Shown here piece by piece: positions 1 through 8,254 of a stretch of DNA of 18,452 nucleotides. How positions within the stretch are numbered: the first letter of the stretch is position 1; each line of letters starts with the position of its first letter. Location: contig JAPNQO010000009.1 in NCBI GenBank assembly GCA_027251445.1, positions 1-18,452 on the forward strand. Direction: 5' to 3'. Source of the stretch: Fidelibacterota bacterium (GTDB lineage: Bacteria > Fidelibacterota > Marinisomatia > Marinisomatales > TCS55). The notes under the pieces are model-generated. The model was not told the DNA's origin. It did not search any database and saw nothing but the letters and a program-made list of their open reading frames with translations. A program made the position numbers and the translations under genes.

Positions 1-783
1 ATTCATAACAATCCACAATTAGCAATTGCTAAGATCTTAGAAGAGTTCTCTCAAAATAATAATATTAATATTGGTATAAGCAAGAAAGCTTATGTTTCTC
101 CAAGCGCAACAATTGGAAAAAACATATCGATTGGACATTTTTCTGTTATTGAAGATGAAGCTGTGATTGGTGATAATACTGTAATAGGTTCAAATACTAC
201 GATTAGTAATAATACTTCAATAGGTAATAATTGTAGTATTTCTTCAAACATACATATCTATAATAATTGTAAAATAGGTAATAATTGTATAATTCATAGT
301 GGAACAGTTATAGGAAGTGATGGGTTTGGTTTTGTTACAGAAAATGGAACTCATCATAAAATACCACAAAATGGGAATGTTATTATTGGTGATAATGTAG
401 AGATTGGTTCAAATTGTGCTTTAGACAGGGGGACTATTGGCGATACTATTGTGGAAGATCAATGTAAATTGGATAATCATGTTCATTTAGCGCATAATGT
501 ACGATTGGGGAGAGGTTGTATTTTAACAGCTGCTGTTACTATTGCAGGGAGTGTTAAAGTTGGTGAATATTGTACTTTTGCTGGCCATGTTGGTGTTGCT
601 CCGCATGTAGAAATAGGTTCCCATTCTACATTAGCTGCTAAAACAGGTGTTACTAAATCTCTAACTGGTGGTAAGGTATATGCTGGAATGCCGGCACGTG
701 AAATAAGAGAACAGCACAAAAGAGATGCAGTTTACTCTGAGGTATTAAAAATTAGAAAGCAATTAGAACACTTAGAAAAATGA
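1..783 (+). CDS. lpxD: UDP-3-O-(3-hydroxyacyl)glucosamine N-acyltransferase, 5'-truncated by the window edge
   Basis: The frame is open from base 1 (IHNNPQLAIAKILEEF...), so the ORF-track GTG at 163 is internal. It has hexapeptide repeats, the motifs IHSGTVIGSDGFGF, HHKIPQNGNVIIGDNVEIG, LDRG and KLDNHVHLAHNV, and a C-terminal helix. It overlaps lpxC by ATGA. Confidence 0.96.
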   Translation: MHNNPQLAIAKILEEFSQNNNINIGISKKAYVSPSATIGKNISIGHFSVIEDEAVIGDNTVIGSNTTISNNTSIGNNCSISSNIHIYNNCKIGNNCIIHSGTVIGSDGFGFVTENGTHHKIPQNGNVIIGDNVEIGSNCALDRGTIGDTIVEDQCKLDNHVHLAHNVRLGRGCILTAAVTIAGSVKVGEYCTFAGHVGVAPHVEIGSHSTLAAKTGVTKSLTGGKVYAGMPAREIREQHKRDAVYSEVLKIRKQLEHLEK

Positions 784-1730
784 CCAAAACTCATCGCAAA
801 CAACGAACAATAAGTGGAGCAGTTTCATGCACAGGAGTCGGTTTACATACCGGGGTAGAAAGCACTATCACATTCAGACCTGCTCCTGATAATTATGGAA
901 TTCAATTTTCAAGAACTGATATTAAAGGTAGTCCAGAAATAAGGGCTGATATTGATCATGTAGTTGATATTTCTAGAGGGACAACAATTGCTCAAAATGG
1001 AGTCAGAATTCACACAGTTGAACATGCTTTAGCTGCTGTATCAGGGTTACGATTAGATAATGTTCTTATTGAATTAACAGCAAAAGAAGCTCCAGTTATG
1101 GATGGAAGTGCTAAAGATTTTGTAGATGCTTTAGGATCGGTAAATTTTATTGAACAAAAAAAAGATAGGCATGTATTAGATATTAGTAAGCCTGTAGTGT
1201 ATTCAGATCTAAAGAAAGAAATAGATATTCATGTAGTTCCTGCAGATAGATTTCGGGTTACTTTTCTGGTTGAATATCCTTTACCAGCGCTTGGAACACA
1301 ATACGAAGCAATTTATAATATGGAAGAAGATTTTGCTAGAGATGTTGCTCCTGCAAGAACTTTTTGTTTTTTAAGTGAGGTAGAACAGCTTAGAGAAAAA
1401 GGATTGATAAAAGGTGGAAGTCTATCGAATGCAGTGGTAATACTTGATAGAAGAATTGAGAATGGAGAAATTAATCATTTACGGAAATTATTTGGAATTA
1501 AAGATAAAGTTATTCAAGGGACAAATGGAATTTTGAATGGTAAAGTTTTACGTTTTCATAATGAACCTGTGAGACATAAGACACTTGATTTAATTGGAGA
1601 TTTAGCTTTGCTTGGAATTTCAATCAAAGGCCATGTAACTGCTGCAAGAAGTGGCCATGAGAGTAATGTTGAGTTTGTTAAAATGATAAAAAAAGAGTAT
1701 AAAGAGCAGTTAGAAAATAATATTCCTTAG
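780..1730 (+). CDS. lpxC: UDP-3-O-acyl-N-acetylglucosamine deacetylase (FCB-type, with internal insert)
   Basis: Motifs KQRTI, GVGLHTG, TVEHALAA, PVMDGSA, ARTFCF, GLIKGGSLSNAVV and LRFHNEPVRHKTLDLIGDLALLG (zinc-binding HKxLD), plus a downstream GH. Confidence 0.97.
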   Translation: MTKTHRKQRTISGAVSCTGVGLHTGVESTITFRPAPDNYGIQFSRTDIKGSPEIRADIDHVVDISRGTTIAQNGVRIHTVEHALAAVSGLRLDNVLIELTAKEAPVMDGSAKDFVDALGSVNFIEQKKDRHVLDISKPVVYSDLKKEIDIHVVPADRFRVTFLVEYPLPALGTQYEAIYNMEEDFARDVAPARTFCFLSEVEQLREKGLIKGGSLSNAVVILDRRIENGEINHLRKLFGIKDKVIQGTNGILNGKVLRFHNEPVRHKTLDLIGDLALLGISIKGHVTAARSGHESNVEFVKMIKKEYKEQLENNIP

Positions 1731-1733
1731 ATT

Positions 1734-2189
1734 TTGAAAAAAAAGTCACAATTTAGTATTCAAGATATCTTGGAACTTTTACCTCACAGATATCCTATGG
1801 TTTTAATCGATCGGATAATAGAGATTGAACATGGAAAATCTCTTACAGCAATAAAAAATGTAACTATAAACGAACCATACTTTGCTGGTCATTTTCCATC
1901 TCAACCAATAATGCCTGCAGTTTTAATTTTAGAAAGCATGGCGCAGGCTGGAGCATTTCTTGTATTAAATAGTGTATCTGACCCCTTGAAAAAAAATATG
2001 TTATTTTCATCGATAACTCATTCAAAGTTTCGAATACCTATAGTGCCTGGAGACCAAGTAAAAATAAAAATGGAACTTGCAAAAATTCGTTTAGGTGCAG
2101 TTAAGCTCATAGGAAAAGCTTTTGTAGATGATAAGTTAGTTGCTGAAGCTAATTTAATGGCAAATATTGTTAATAGAGCAGGATCGTAG
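1734..2189 (+). CDS. fabZ: 3-hydroxyacyl-ACP dehydratase
   Basis: Motifs LLPHRYPMVLIDRI, KNVTINEPYFAGHFP, MPAVLILESMAQ and KFRIPIVPGD. TTG start 3 nt after the lpxC TAG, in the same frame as lpxC. Confidence 0.96.
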   Translation: MKKKSQFSIQDILELLPHRYPMVLIDRIIEIEHGKSLTAIKNVTINEPYFAGHFPSQPIMPAVLILESMAQAGAFLVLNSVSDPLKKNMLFSSITHSKFRIPIVPGDQVKIKMELAKIRLGAVKLIGKAFVDDKLVAEANLMANIVNRAGS

Positions 2190-2964
2190 AATTTCAAGCC
2201 TAGTACATCCCGCATCCATTATTAATGAAAACGTTAATATAGGAAAAAATGTTAAAGTTGGTCCATTTTCTATAATAGAAGATGGAGTATCAATTGGCAA
2301 TAATACAACAATTGGCAATAATACAACAATATGTAGCGGAACGACGGTTGGTAGTAATAGTAAAATTTTTCATAATTGTAGTATTGGAGAAATCCCACAA
2401 GATTTAAAGTTTACAGGCGAGGAAACCGAAACAATAATAGGGAATAATACTATAATACGTGAAAATGTTACTATTAATCGTGGTACATCTGCGCTTGGTA
2501 AAACAACAGTAGGAAATAATGTGCTATTAATGGCAGCAGTTCATATTGCTCATGACTGTATAGTAAAAGATAATGTTATTATGGCAAATATGTCTACACT
2601 TGGAGGCCATGTTGAGATTCAAGAATATGCTTCATTGGGTGGAGGAGTTCTAGTGCATCAATTTTGTAAAATTGGATCACATGTTTTTATTGGTGGTGGA
2701 TTTCGTGCAGTCCAAGATGTTCCACCCTATATTTTAGCTGTTGGAGAACCATTAAGATTTGGTGGCATAAATTCAATTGGATTAAAAAGAAGAGGTTACT
2801 CTTCAGATTCAATATCTAAAATTAAAAAAGCCTATAGAATGTATTTTAGATCAGATTTAACAAGATCAATAGCATTAGAAAAGATGAAAGAAAAACTATC
2901 TAATAATGTAGATGTTGATAATATTATTAACTTTATTGATAATAGTGAACGTGGGATTATTTAA
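2167..2964 (+). CDS. lpxA: Acyl-ACP--UDP-N-acetylglucosamine O-acyltransferase (start uncertain)
   Basis: VHPASII N-terminus, hexapeptide repeats, and motifs IGEIPQDLKF, IRENVTINRGT, HIAHDC, LGGHV, VHQF, QDVPPY and INSIGLKRRG. Confidence 0.97.
   Translation: MLIEQDRRISSLVHPASIINENVNIGKNVKVGPFSIIEDGVSIGNNTTIGNNTTICSGTTVGSNSKIFHNCSIGEIPQDLKFTGEETETIIGNNTIIRENVTINRGTSALGKTTVGNNVLLMAAVHIAHDCIVKDNVIMANMSTLGGHVEIQEYASLGGGVLVHQFCKIGSHVFIGGGFRAVQDVPPYILAVGEPLRFGGINSIGLKRRGYSSDSISKIKKAYRMYFRSDLTRSIALEKMKEKLSNNVDVDNIINFIDNSERGII
2291..2330 (+). repeat. Perfect 18-bp tandem repeat (2.2 copies) inside lpxA
   Basis: CAATTGGCAATAATACAA at 2291-2308 and 2309-2326, followed by CAAT. It encodes IGNNTT twice. 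Confidence 0.9.
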
Positions 2965-2981
2965 CCCTTTTAATATTTTAT

Positions 2982-3689
2982 ATGAAATTGATTTTCATAA
3001 AGCTTTTCATTATATCGCCATTATTATTTGCACAATTTCCATCTTATAATATTTCAAAGATAGAATCTAACCTTTCTTCTTATGTTAAGCCCTTAATCAC
3101 AAGTATATCATTTTCACTTGGATATCATCAATTCGTTAACAATAATTTAAACGAACGTGTTTCTGTAAGTATAATATTACCCTTAGGGTATGATTTAACA
3201 GATAAATCATTTGTTGAAAAATCAATAGTTGGATTACCATTATTACATAGTTCTTTCCTTATTTCAAATAATTTAAGACTTAATGGGAAAATTGGTGGGT
3301 TTACAAGCGATAATGATGTTATAAACTACTATAGTTATGGTTTTTCATTAGGGTTAGTTAAAGATAATCCAAGCTTATGGATTGCAGATCTTAGTATAGG
3401 TAAAATGGATGGTCCAAGATATTTTAACTGTAGAACATTTGATTTTTCTATTGTTAGATCTTTTTCATTTAATTTATTACCATTTTTTATCGGCATTGGT
3501 AATAATCAATTTAATAGTAGGATTTTTAACTTAAGTAATGATGAAGCACCAAGTAATATTTCTGATTCCAATAATTATTTTATACTTGGCCAGATATATT
3601 CATTTTTAGAATGGAAAGTTTCTCCTCAAATACGTTTAAATATTAACTTTCCACAGTTTTCAATAAGCTTTCAAAAGAATTTTGAATAA
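2982..3689 (+). CDS. Hypothetical exported protein, possibly an outer-membrane beta-barrel
   Basis: 235-aa ORF that fills the lpxA-dxr gap almost exactly. Signal-peptide-like N-terminus (MKLIFIKLFIISPLLFAQ), alternating aromatic/hydrophobic strands, and a C-terminus of FSISFQKNFE. Confidence 0.7.
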   Translation: MKLIFIKLFIISPLLFAQFPSYNISKIESNLSSYVKPLITSISFSLGYHQFVNNNLNERVSVSIILPLGYDLTDKSFVEKSIVGLPLLHSSFLISNNLRLNGKIGGFTSDNDVINYYSYGFSLGLVKDNPSLWIADLSIGKMDGPRYFNCRTFDFSIVRSFSFNLLPFFIGIGNNQFNSRIFNLSNDEAPSNISDSNNYFILGQIYSFLEWKVSPQIRLNINFPQFSISFQKNFE

Positions 3690-3691
3690 TT

Positions 3692-4849
3692 ATGACTAGA
3701 AAAATTTCTATACTTGGCTCTACTGGCTCAATAGGTGTTAATACCCTTAGTGTAATTGATACTTTAAAAGAAGACTTTGATGTTGTATATCTATCTACTT
3801 TTCAGAATAGCAAATTAATTATAGATCAAGCAAAAAAATATCAACCAAAGGCAATAGTTATTGTTGATGATTCTAATATAAGCGATGTTAAGAATGCTTT
3901 AGAAAAAGATAATATTGAAATTCTTTCTGGAAGAGAAGGTTTATTAGAAATTTCAAAAAGAGATGATATAGATTTAGTAATGAATGGATTAGTTGGCTCT
4001 GCTGGAATGGAGCCCACGCTCAACGCATTAAAAGCTAGTGTAGATGTTGCTTTAAGTAATAAAGAAAGCATGGTTATGGCGGGAGATTTGATCAATAAAA
4101 CAATGAATGAAACTGGAGCAAAAATATACCCTGTAGATAGTGAACATTCTGCGATATGGCAATGTTTGGTTGGAGAAAATATTAAAGATGTAAACAGAAT
4201 TATTTTAACGGGAAGTGGTGGCCCTTTTAGGACAAGGGACGTTAAAACTTTTCCTGAAATAAATTTAACTGAGGCTTTAAATCATCCAAATTGGAGTATG
4301 GGTAAGAAAATAACTATAGATTCTGCGACCATGATGAATAAAGGATTAGAGGTTATTGAAGCACGTTGGTTATTTAATCTTGAGGTTAATCAAATAGATA
4401 TATTGATTCACCCTCAGTCAATTATCCATTCTATGGTTGAGTTTAAAGACAGATCTATTAAAGCCCAATTAGGAATCCCAGATATGAAGATTCCTATACA
4501 ATATGCCATCACATATCCAAGACATGCATTAGCAGAATGGGAAAAACTCGACTTAGCTAAAATTGGTAATCTAACTTTTGAAGAAAAAGATGTAGATAGA
4601 TTTCCATGTATAGATTTAGCATATCAATCATTAAGCGTTGGCGGATCTGCACCCGCTGTTCTTAATGTTGCAAATGATAATGCTGTTTATAGTTTTTTAA
4701 ATAAAAGAATTAAATTCACTGATATACCAATTATAATTGAGAAGGCATGTAATGCACATAAATTGGTAAATAATCCGAGTTTAGAAGAATTATTAGAATT
4801 GGAACTTTGGACACGTGATTTCGTAATGAATGAAGTAGATAAAACATAA
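3692..4849 (+). CDS. dxr: 1-deoxy-D-xylulose 5-phosphate reductoisomerase
   Basis: Motifs ILGSTGSIG, LSNKES, PVDSEHSAI, LTGSGGPFR, HPNWSMGKKITIDSATMMNKGLEVIEA and HPQSIIHSMV. Confidence 0.99.
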   Translation: MTRKISILGSTGSIGVNTLSVIDTLKEDFDVVYLSTFQNSKLIIDQAKKYQPKAIVIVDDSNISDVKNALEKDNIEILSGREGLLEISKRDDIDLVMNGLVGSAGMEPTLNALKASVDVALSNKESMVMAGDLINKTMNETGAKIYPVDSEHSAIWQCLVGENIKDVNRIILTGSGGPFRTRDVKTFPEINLTEALNHPNWSMGKKITIDSATMMNKGLEVIEARWLFNLEVNQIDILIHPQSIIHSMVEFKDRSIKAQLGIPDMKIPIQYAITYPRHALAEWEKLDLAKIGNLTFEEKDVDRFPCIDLAYQSLSVGGSAPAVLNVANDNAVYSFLNKRIKFTDIPIIIEKACNAHKLVNNPSLEELLELELWTRDFVMNEVDKT

Positions 4850-4861
4850 GGGATTTCATAT

Positions 4862-6037
4862 ATGACTACAATTTTAGCATTTATATTTGTTTTAGGTGTA
4901 ATAGTTATTGTACATGAGTTGGGGCATTTCTTTGCTGCACGATCTGTAGGTGTAAGAGTAGATAGATTTTCAATAGGTTTTCCACCCAGACTTTTTACGG
5001 TAAACTCTGTAGATGATGGTTTTGAAGTAAACTTCTTTTTTTATAAAAAGGATGATTTAAACAAAATTACCTGGCAGATAATTAAGACTTGGAATATTAG
5101 TGTCCCTAAAAGAAAAGGAAGTGGTACAGAATATTGTTTTGCAATTATTCCACTTGGTGGTTATGTAAAGTTAGCAGGAATGATTGATGAAAGTATGGAT
5201 GGTACAGTTAAGAATGAGCCACATGAACTAATGAGTAAACCAGTATGGGCCCAAATTTGGGTAATGAGCGCCGGTGTTATAATGAATATATTATTAGCTT
5301 TTATAATCTTTACTGGTTTAGCATGGCATCAAGGTATTCCAACTGCAGATAATCAACCTATTATTTCTACTATTGAAGATAATTCACCTGCAAATGATGC
5401 TAACCTTCTTCCAGGAGATAAAATAATAAAGGTTAATGATAATGTAATAAATACATGGACTGATCTTTCAAGCACTATTCAAAAGTTACCTAACACGCCT
5501 ATTCAATTAACTTATGTTAGAGATGGAGTTCAATACACGAAGGATATTAAAACAACATATAGAGTATTTCCTGTAGATGGTAATTTGGATACACTAGGTA
5601 TGATTGGTATTGCTCCAGAGTTTACTTATGAACCAATTGGTATAATAAAAGCATCTCAATTAGGTGTTACATCTACTATAGGAGGGCTTGGACTAGTCGT
5701 GCTATCAATCAAATTATTAGTGTCTGGCCAAGCATCAGTAGGAGACCTTGGTGGCCCAATATTAATAGCTCAGATTGCAGGAGAAACTGCCAGAGCAGGA
5801 CTGATTTCATTATTTGGGTTTATGGCAATCATAAGTTGCAATCTAGCCTTTATCAACTTTTTACCTGTCCCTGGATTAGATGGCGGTCATGTTTTTATTA
5901 TTTTAGCTGAGTCAATATTAAGAAGAAAGTTTACTTTAAAAACAAGAATGGTTATTCAGCAAATTGGTATGGCATTTTTATTATTATTAATGGCAACAGT
6001 TATGATTAATGATATTGGCCGATTATTTACAAATTAA
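4862..6037 (+). CDS. rseP: RIP (site-2, M50) intramembrane zinc metalloprotease with one PDZ domain
   Basis: Motifs HELGH, FSIGF, IPLGGYVK, AGVIMN, a PDZ segment (SPANDANLLPGDKIIKVN), GGPI and NFLPVPGLDGGH. It follows dxr, as is usual. Confidence 0.96.
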   Translation: MTTILAFIFVLGVIVIVHELGHFFAARSVGVRVDRFSIGFPPRLFTVNSVDDGFEVNFFFYKKDDLNKITWQIIKTWNISVPKRKGSGTEYCFAIIPLGGYVKLAGMIDESMDGTVKNEPHELMSKPVWAQIWVMSAGVIMNILLAFIIFTGLAWHQGIPTADNQPIISTIEDNSPANDANLLPGDKIIKVNDNVINTWTDLSSTIQKLPNTPIQLTYVRDGVQYTKDIKTTYRVFPVDGNLDTLGMIGIAPEFTYEPIGIIKASQLGVTSTIGGLGLVVLSIKLLVSGQASVGDLGGPILIAQIAGETARAGLISLFGFMAIISCNLAFINFLPVPGLDGGHVFIILAESILRRKFTLKTRMVIQQIGMAFLLLLMATVMINDIGRLFTN

Positions 6038-6740
6038 TTTCTTTTATTTTTAATAACATTGATCCGTACTGTAATTTTATTTTAATTTGAATAGGAAGCC
6101 TTTTTTTATCGTTACTGAACCATATCATCATATCTCCTTTATTTTTTAATAGAGTACTGCCCTCACGAAAAGGCTTTATTACTAGACAATTAAATGAACC
6201 AAAGACTGTATTTATTGTTTCTTCTGCTTTAGTTACTATTTGAATCGGAGTAATCTTTTTTCCATTGAAAGTGTTTATTTTTATTGTTTGTCCAAGAATT
6301 AATGGCTTTGTTCGAAGTAAATAAAATAATGAATACGGATCAAATAGAAACCCATTGATCAATGTAGTATCTTTATTTGTTACAGATATAGATTCTTCAT
6401 AATAATTTTTTGTCTCTGATTCTTTTTTATAATTACCCTGTTTTATACTTCTTTTTATTCTCTTAGTGTATAAATCATTTATATCTAACCATGTATCAAT
6501 CTGATCATCGATCAAATAAACTGAGCTAAAAGGAAAAGATGTTTTTGCTACAAATCTTATATGTATTTCATTATTAATTTTACTTTCGTTGTTATCTATC
6601 ACCTCTAGATAAGCATTCCCTGCTTTAATGCCAGCAAAAGACACATCGTAATGTAATTTTTCACCAGATTTAAAAGGATAACTATCATCTGCATATAAAA
6701 TAGTTAAAATATAAATTATCAATAAAACAGTGTTTTTCAA
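6027..6740 (-). CDS. DUF3108-like exported beta-rich protein
   Basis: Signal-peptide-like start. GEKLHYDVSFAGIKAG and WFSNDKKRLPIQIKIKLQYGS match my recollection of DUF3108. TTG start overlaps the tsaC TGA. Confidence 0.8.
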   Translation of the reverse strand: MKNTVLLIIYILTILYADDSYPFKSGEKLHYDVSFAGIKAGNAYLEVIDNNESKINNEIHIRFVAKTSFPFSSVYLIDDQIDTWLDINDLYTKRIKRSIKQGNYKKESETKNYYEESISVTNKDTTLINGFLFDPYSLFYLLRTKPLILGQTIKINTFNGKKITPIQIVTKAEETINTVFGSFNCLVIKPFREGSTLLKNKGDMMIWFSNDKKRLPIQIKIKLQYGSMLLKIKEINL

Positions 6741-7312
6741 TTTCGCACTATTTCAAATTTATTATTTTTTAGAAGATATATTTTTGAGCCACCTGAATTG
6801 GGTAATACTCCTGCATTTATGATAATATCAACTTCATCACCAAATTCATCAATTATTTTTTTTGGATTGTTCATGGGTCTTTTTCCGTGTCTATTTACAC
6901 TAGAAGACGTTATAGGATACCCTATATGTGAAACTAAATTTGGGCTAAATTTATTTTTTGGAATACGAAAACCTATTGAATGATTATCACCCATAATAGA
7001 TTTGTGTACAAAAGGGTTATTATTTGGAAGAATAAATGTTGTTTTATTACTAATATTATTACGAACAAAAATCTTATTATTTTTTGATAGATTTTTAAAG
7101 CTTACTAATTGCTCAAAATCGTTTATAACTATGCTTATAGGAGATTTTCTTCCTTTAATATGATTCAATCTCTTTATTGCAGATTCATTCCTAGCATCTA
7201 CACCAAATCCGTATAGCGTATCAGTTGGGTATATTATTATTCCCCCTTTATCTAAACAAATTTTACAAATAGAAAGTATATCTCGATGATCTAGAGGAAT
7301 ATTTTTAATCAT
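6737..7312 (-). CDS. tsaC: L-threonylcarbamoyladenylate synthase (single YrdC domain)
   Basis: Motifs GGIIIYPTDTLYGFG, IKGR, IGFRIP and PITSSSVN (KxR...SxN). At 191 aa it lacks the Sua5 C-terminal domain. Confidence 0.9.
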   Translation of the reverse strand: MIKNIPLDHRDILSICKICLDKGGIIIYPTDTLYGFGVDARNESAIKRLNHIKGRKSPISIVINDFEQLVSFKNLSKNNKIFVRNNISNKTTFILPNNNPFVHKSIMGDNHSIGFRIPKNKFSPNLVSHIGYPITSSSVNRHGKRPMNNPKKIIDEFGDEVDIIINAGVLPNSGGSKIYLLKNNKFEIVRN

Positions 7313-7321
7313 TGCTTATAA

Positions 7322-8179
7322 TTAAAAAGGTTTAGTTTTCCAACGTCTATGAAACCAAAAATATTGTTCAGGAAATTTTATTATAATGTCTTCTAATAAA
7401 CGAGTATAAGATCTTGTAATTGAATGAATATCTGATTTTTCATTTGTCTTAACTGGCAATATATTTATAACAAACTTATTTATTTTTTCCATATGGCATG
7501 TAACAAATATAATTGGTGATTTTGATTTCAAGTGAAATAAAGCGGCTCCTTTCGGTGTTGATGCTTTAATCCCAAAAAAATCTATAAATATACCACTCTT
7601 TTTTGCATCTTGATCGCTTGCTAAAGTCAAAATATCATTATTTTTTAACGCACTATACATAAGGTCAAGAGAAGATTTTCGCGGTAGTATTTTTATTCCA
7701 TTATTTACCCTTTGTACATTAATAAATTTATCAGCACCCATATTATTCTGTTTCTGACCTATTAGTAATAATGGATATTTATTTATACCAAACCATCCTA
7801 ATAGTAGTTCCCATAATCCAAAATGACCAGAGACTAATAATACACCTCTTTTTTCATTTAGTGCCTGTATTAAATATTGTTCTCCATTAACAGAAATATT
7901 TGAATTATTTAAACTATTCGGCAATGATAGAAATTGCATAGAACTATATACAAAAAATCTATATGTATTTTTTAAAATTATTTCTCTGTTCTTATCACTT
8001 TTATTTGGGAATGCTATAGAAATATTCTTTCTGGCTTCTTTCTGCCTTACTTTAAAAAATCTGTAGCAGATAGAGCCAAGTTTATTTGCATAAAATAATT
8101 GAGTGTCTGGGTTTAAAGTTTTTACCTTATTTGATAAGAACATTAAAATATTGAAAGTTATACGATATTTAAGTTTCAT
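7322..8179 (-). CDS. Lipid A late (secondary) acyltransferase, LpxL/HtrB family
   Basis: Motifs ARKNISIAFP, GVLLVSGHFGLWE (H-x4-E), DQD, FFG and FPEQYFWFHRRWKT. Confidence 0.9.
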   Translation of the reverse strand: MKLKYRITFNILMFLSNKVKTLNPDTQLFYANKLGSICYRFFKVRQKEARKNISIAFPNKSDKNREIILKNTYRFFVYSSMQFLSLPNSLNNSNISVNGEQYLIQALNEKRGVLLVSGHFGLWELLLGWFGINKYPLLLIGQKQNNMGADKFINVQRVNNGIKILPRKSSLDLMYSALKNNDILTLASDQDAKKSGIFIDFFGIKASTPKGAALFHLKSKSPIIFVTCHMEKINKFVINILPVKTNEKSDIHSITRSYTRLLEDIIIKFPEQYFWFHRRWKTKPF

Positions 8180-8254
8180 TTAATGATTGTGTAGTACGTT
8201 TTAACTGAATCTAAGGTAATTTCTTAAAGGTCAATATTTAATTTCCGAGGTATT

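Noticed and set aside
1..330. Repetitive ATAGGTAATAATTGTA-like sequence in lpxD as a CRISPR or DNA repeat
   Set aside because: It is explained by hexapeptide (IGNNC) coding repeats and has no repeat-spacer structure.
163..783. ORF-track start of lpxD at GTG 163
   Set aside because: The frame is open and LpxD-like from base 1, so the true start lies upstream of the window.
2982..8179. AT-rich segments as horizontally acquired islands
   Set aside because: There is no integrase, transposase, tRNA or flanking repeat. The genes are tightly coupled housekeeping or envelope genes, so compositional drift is sufficient.
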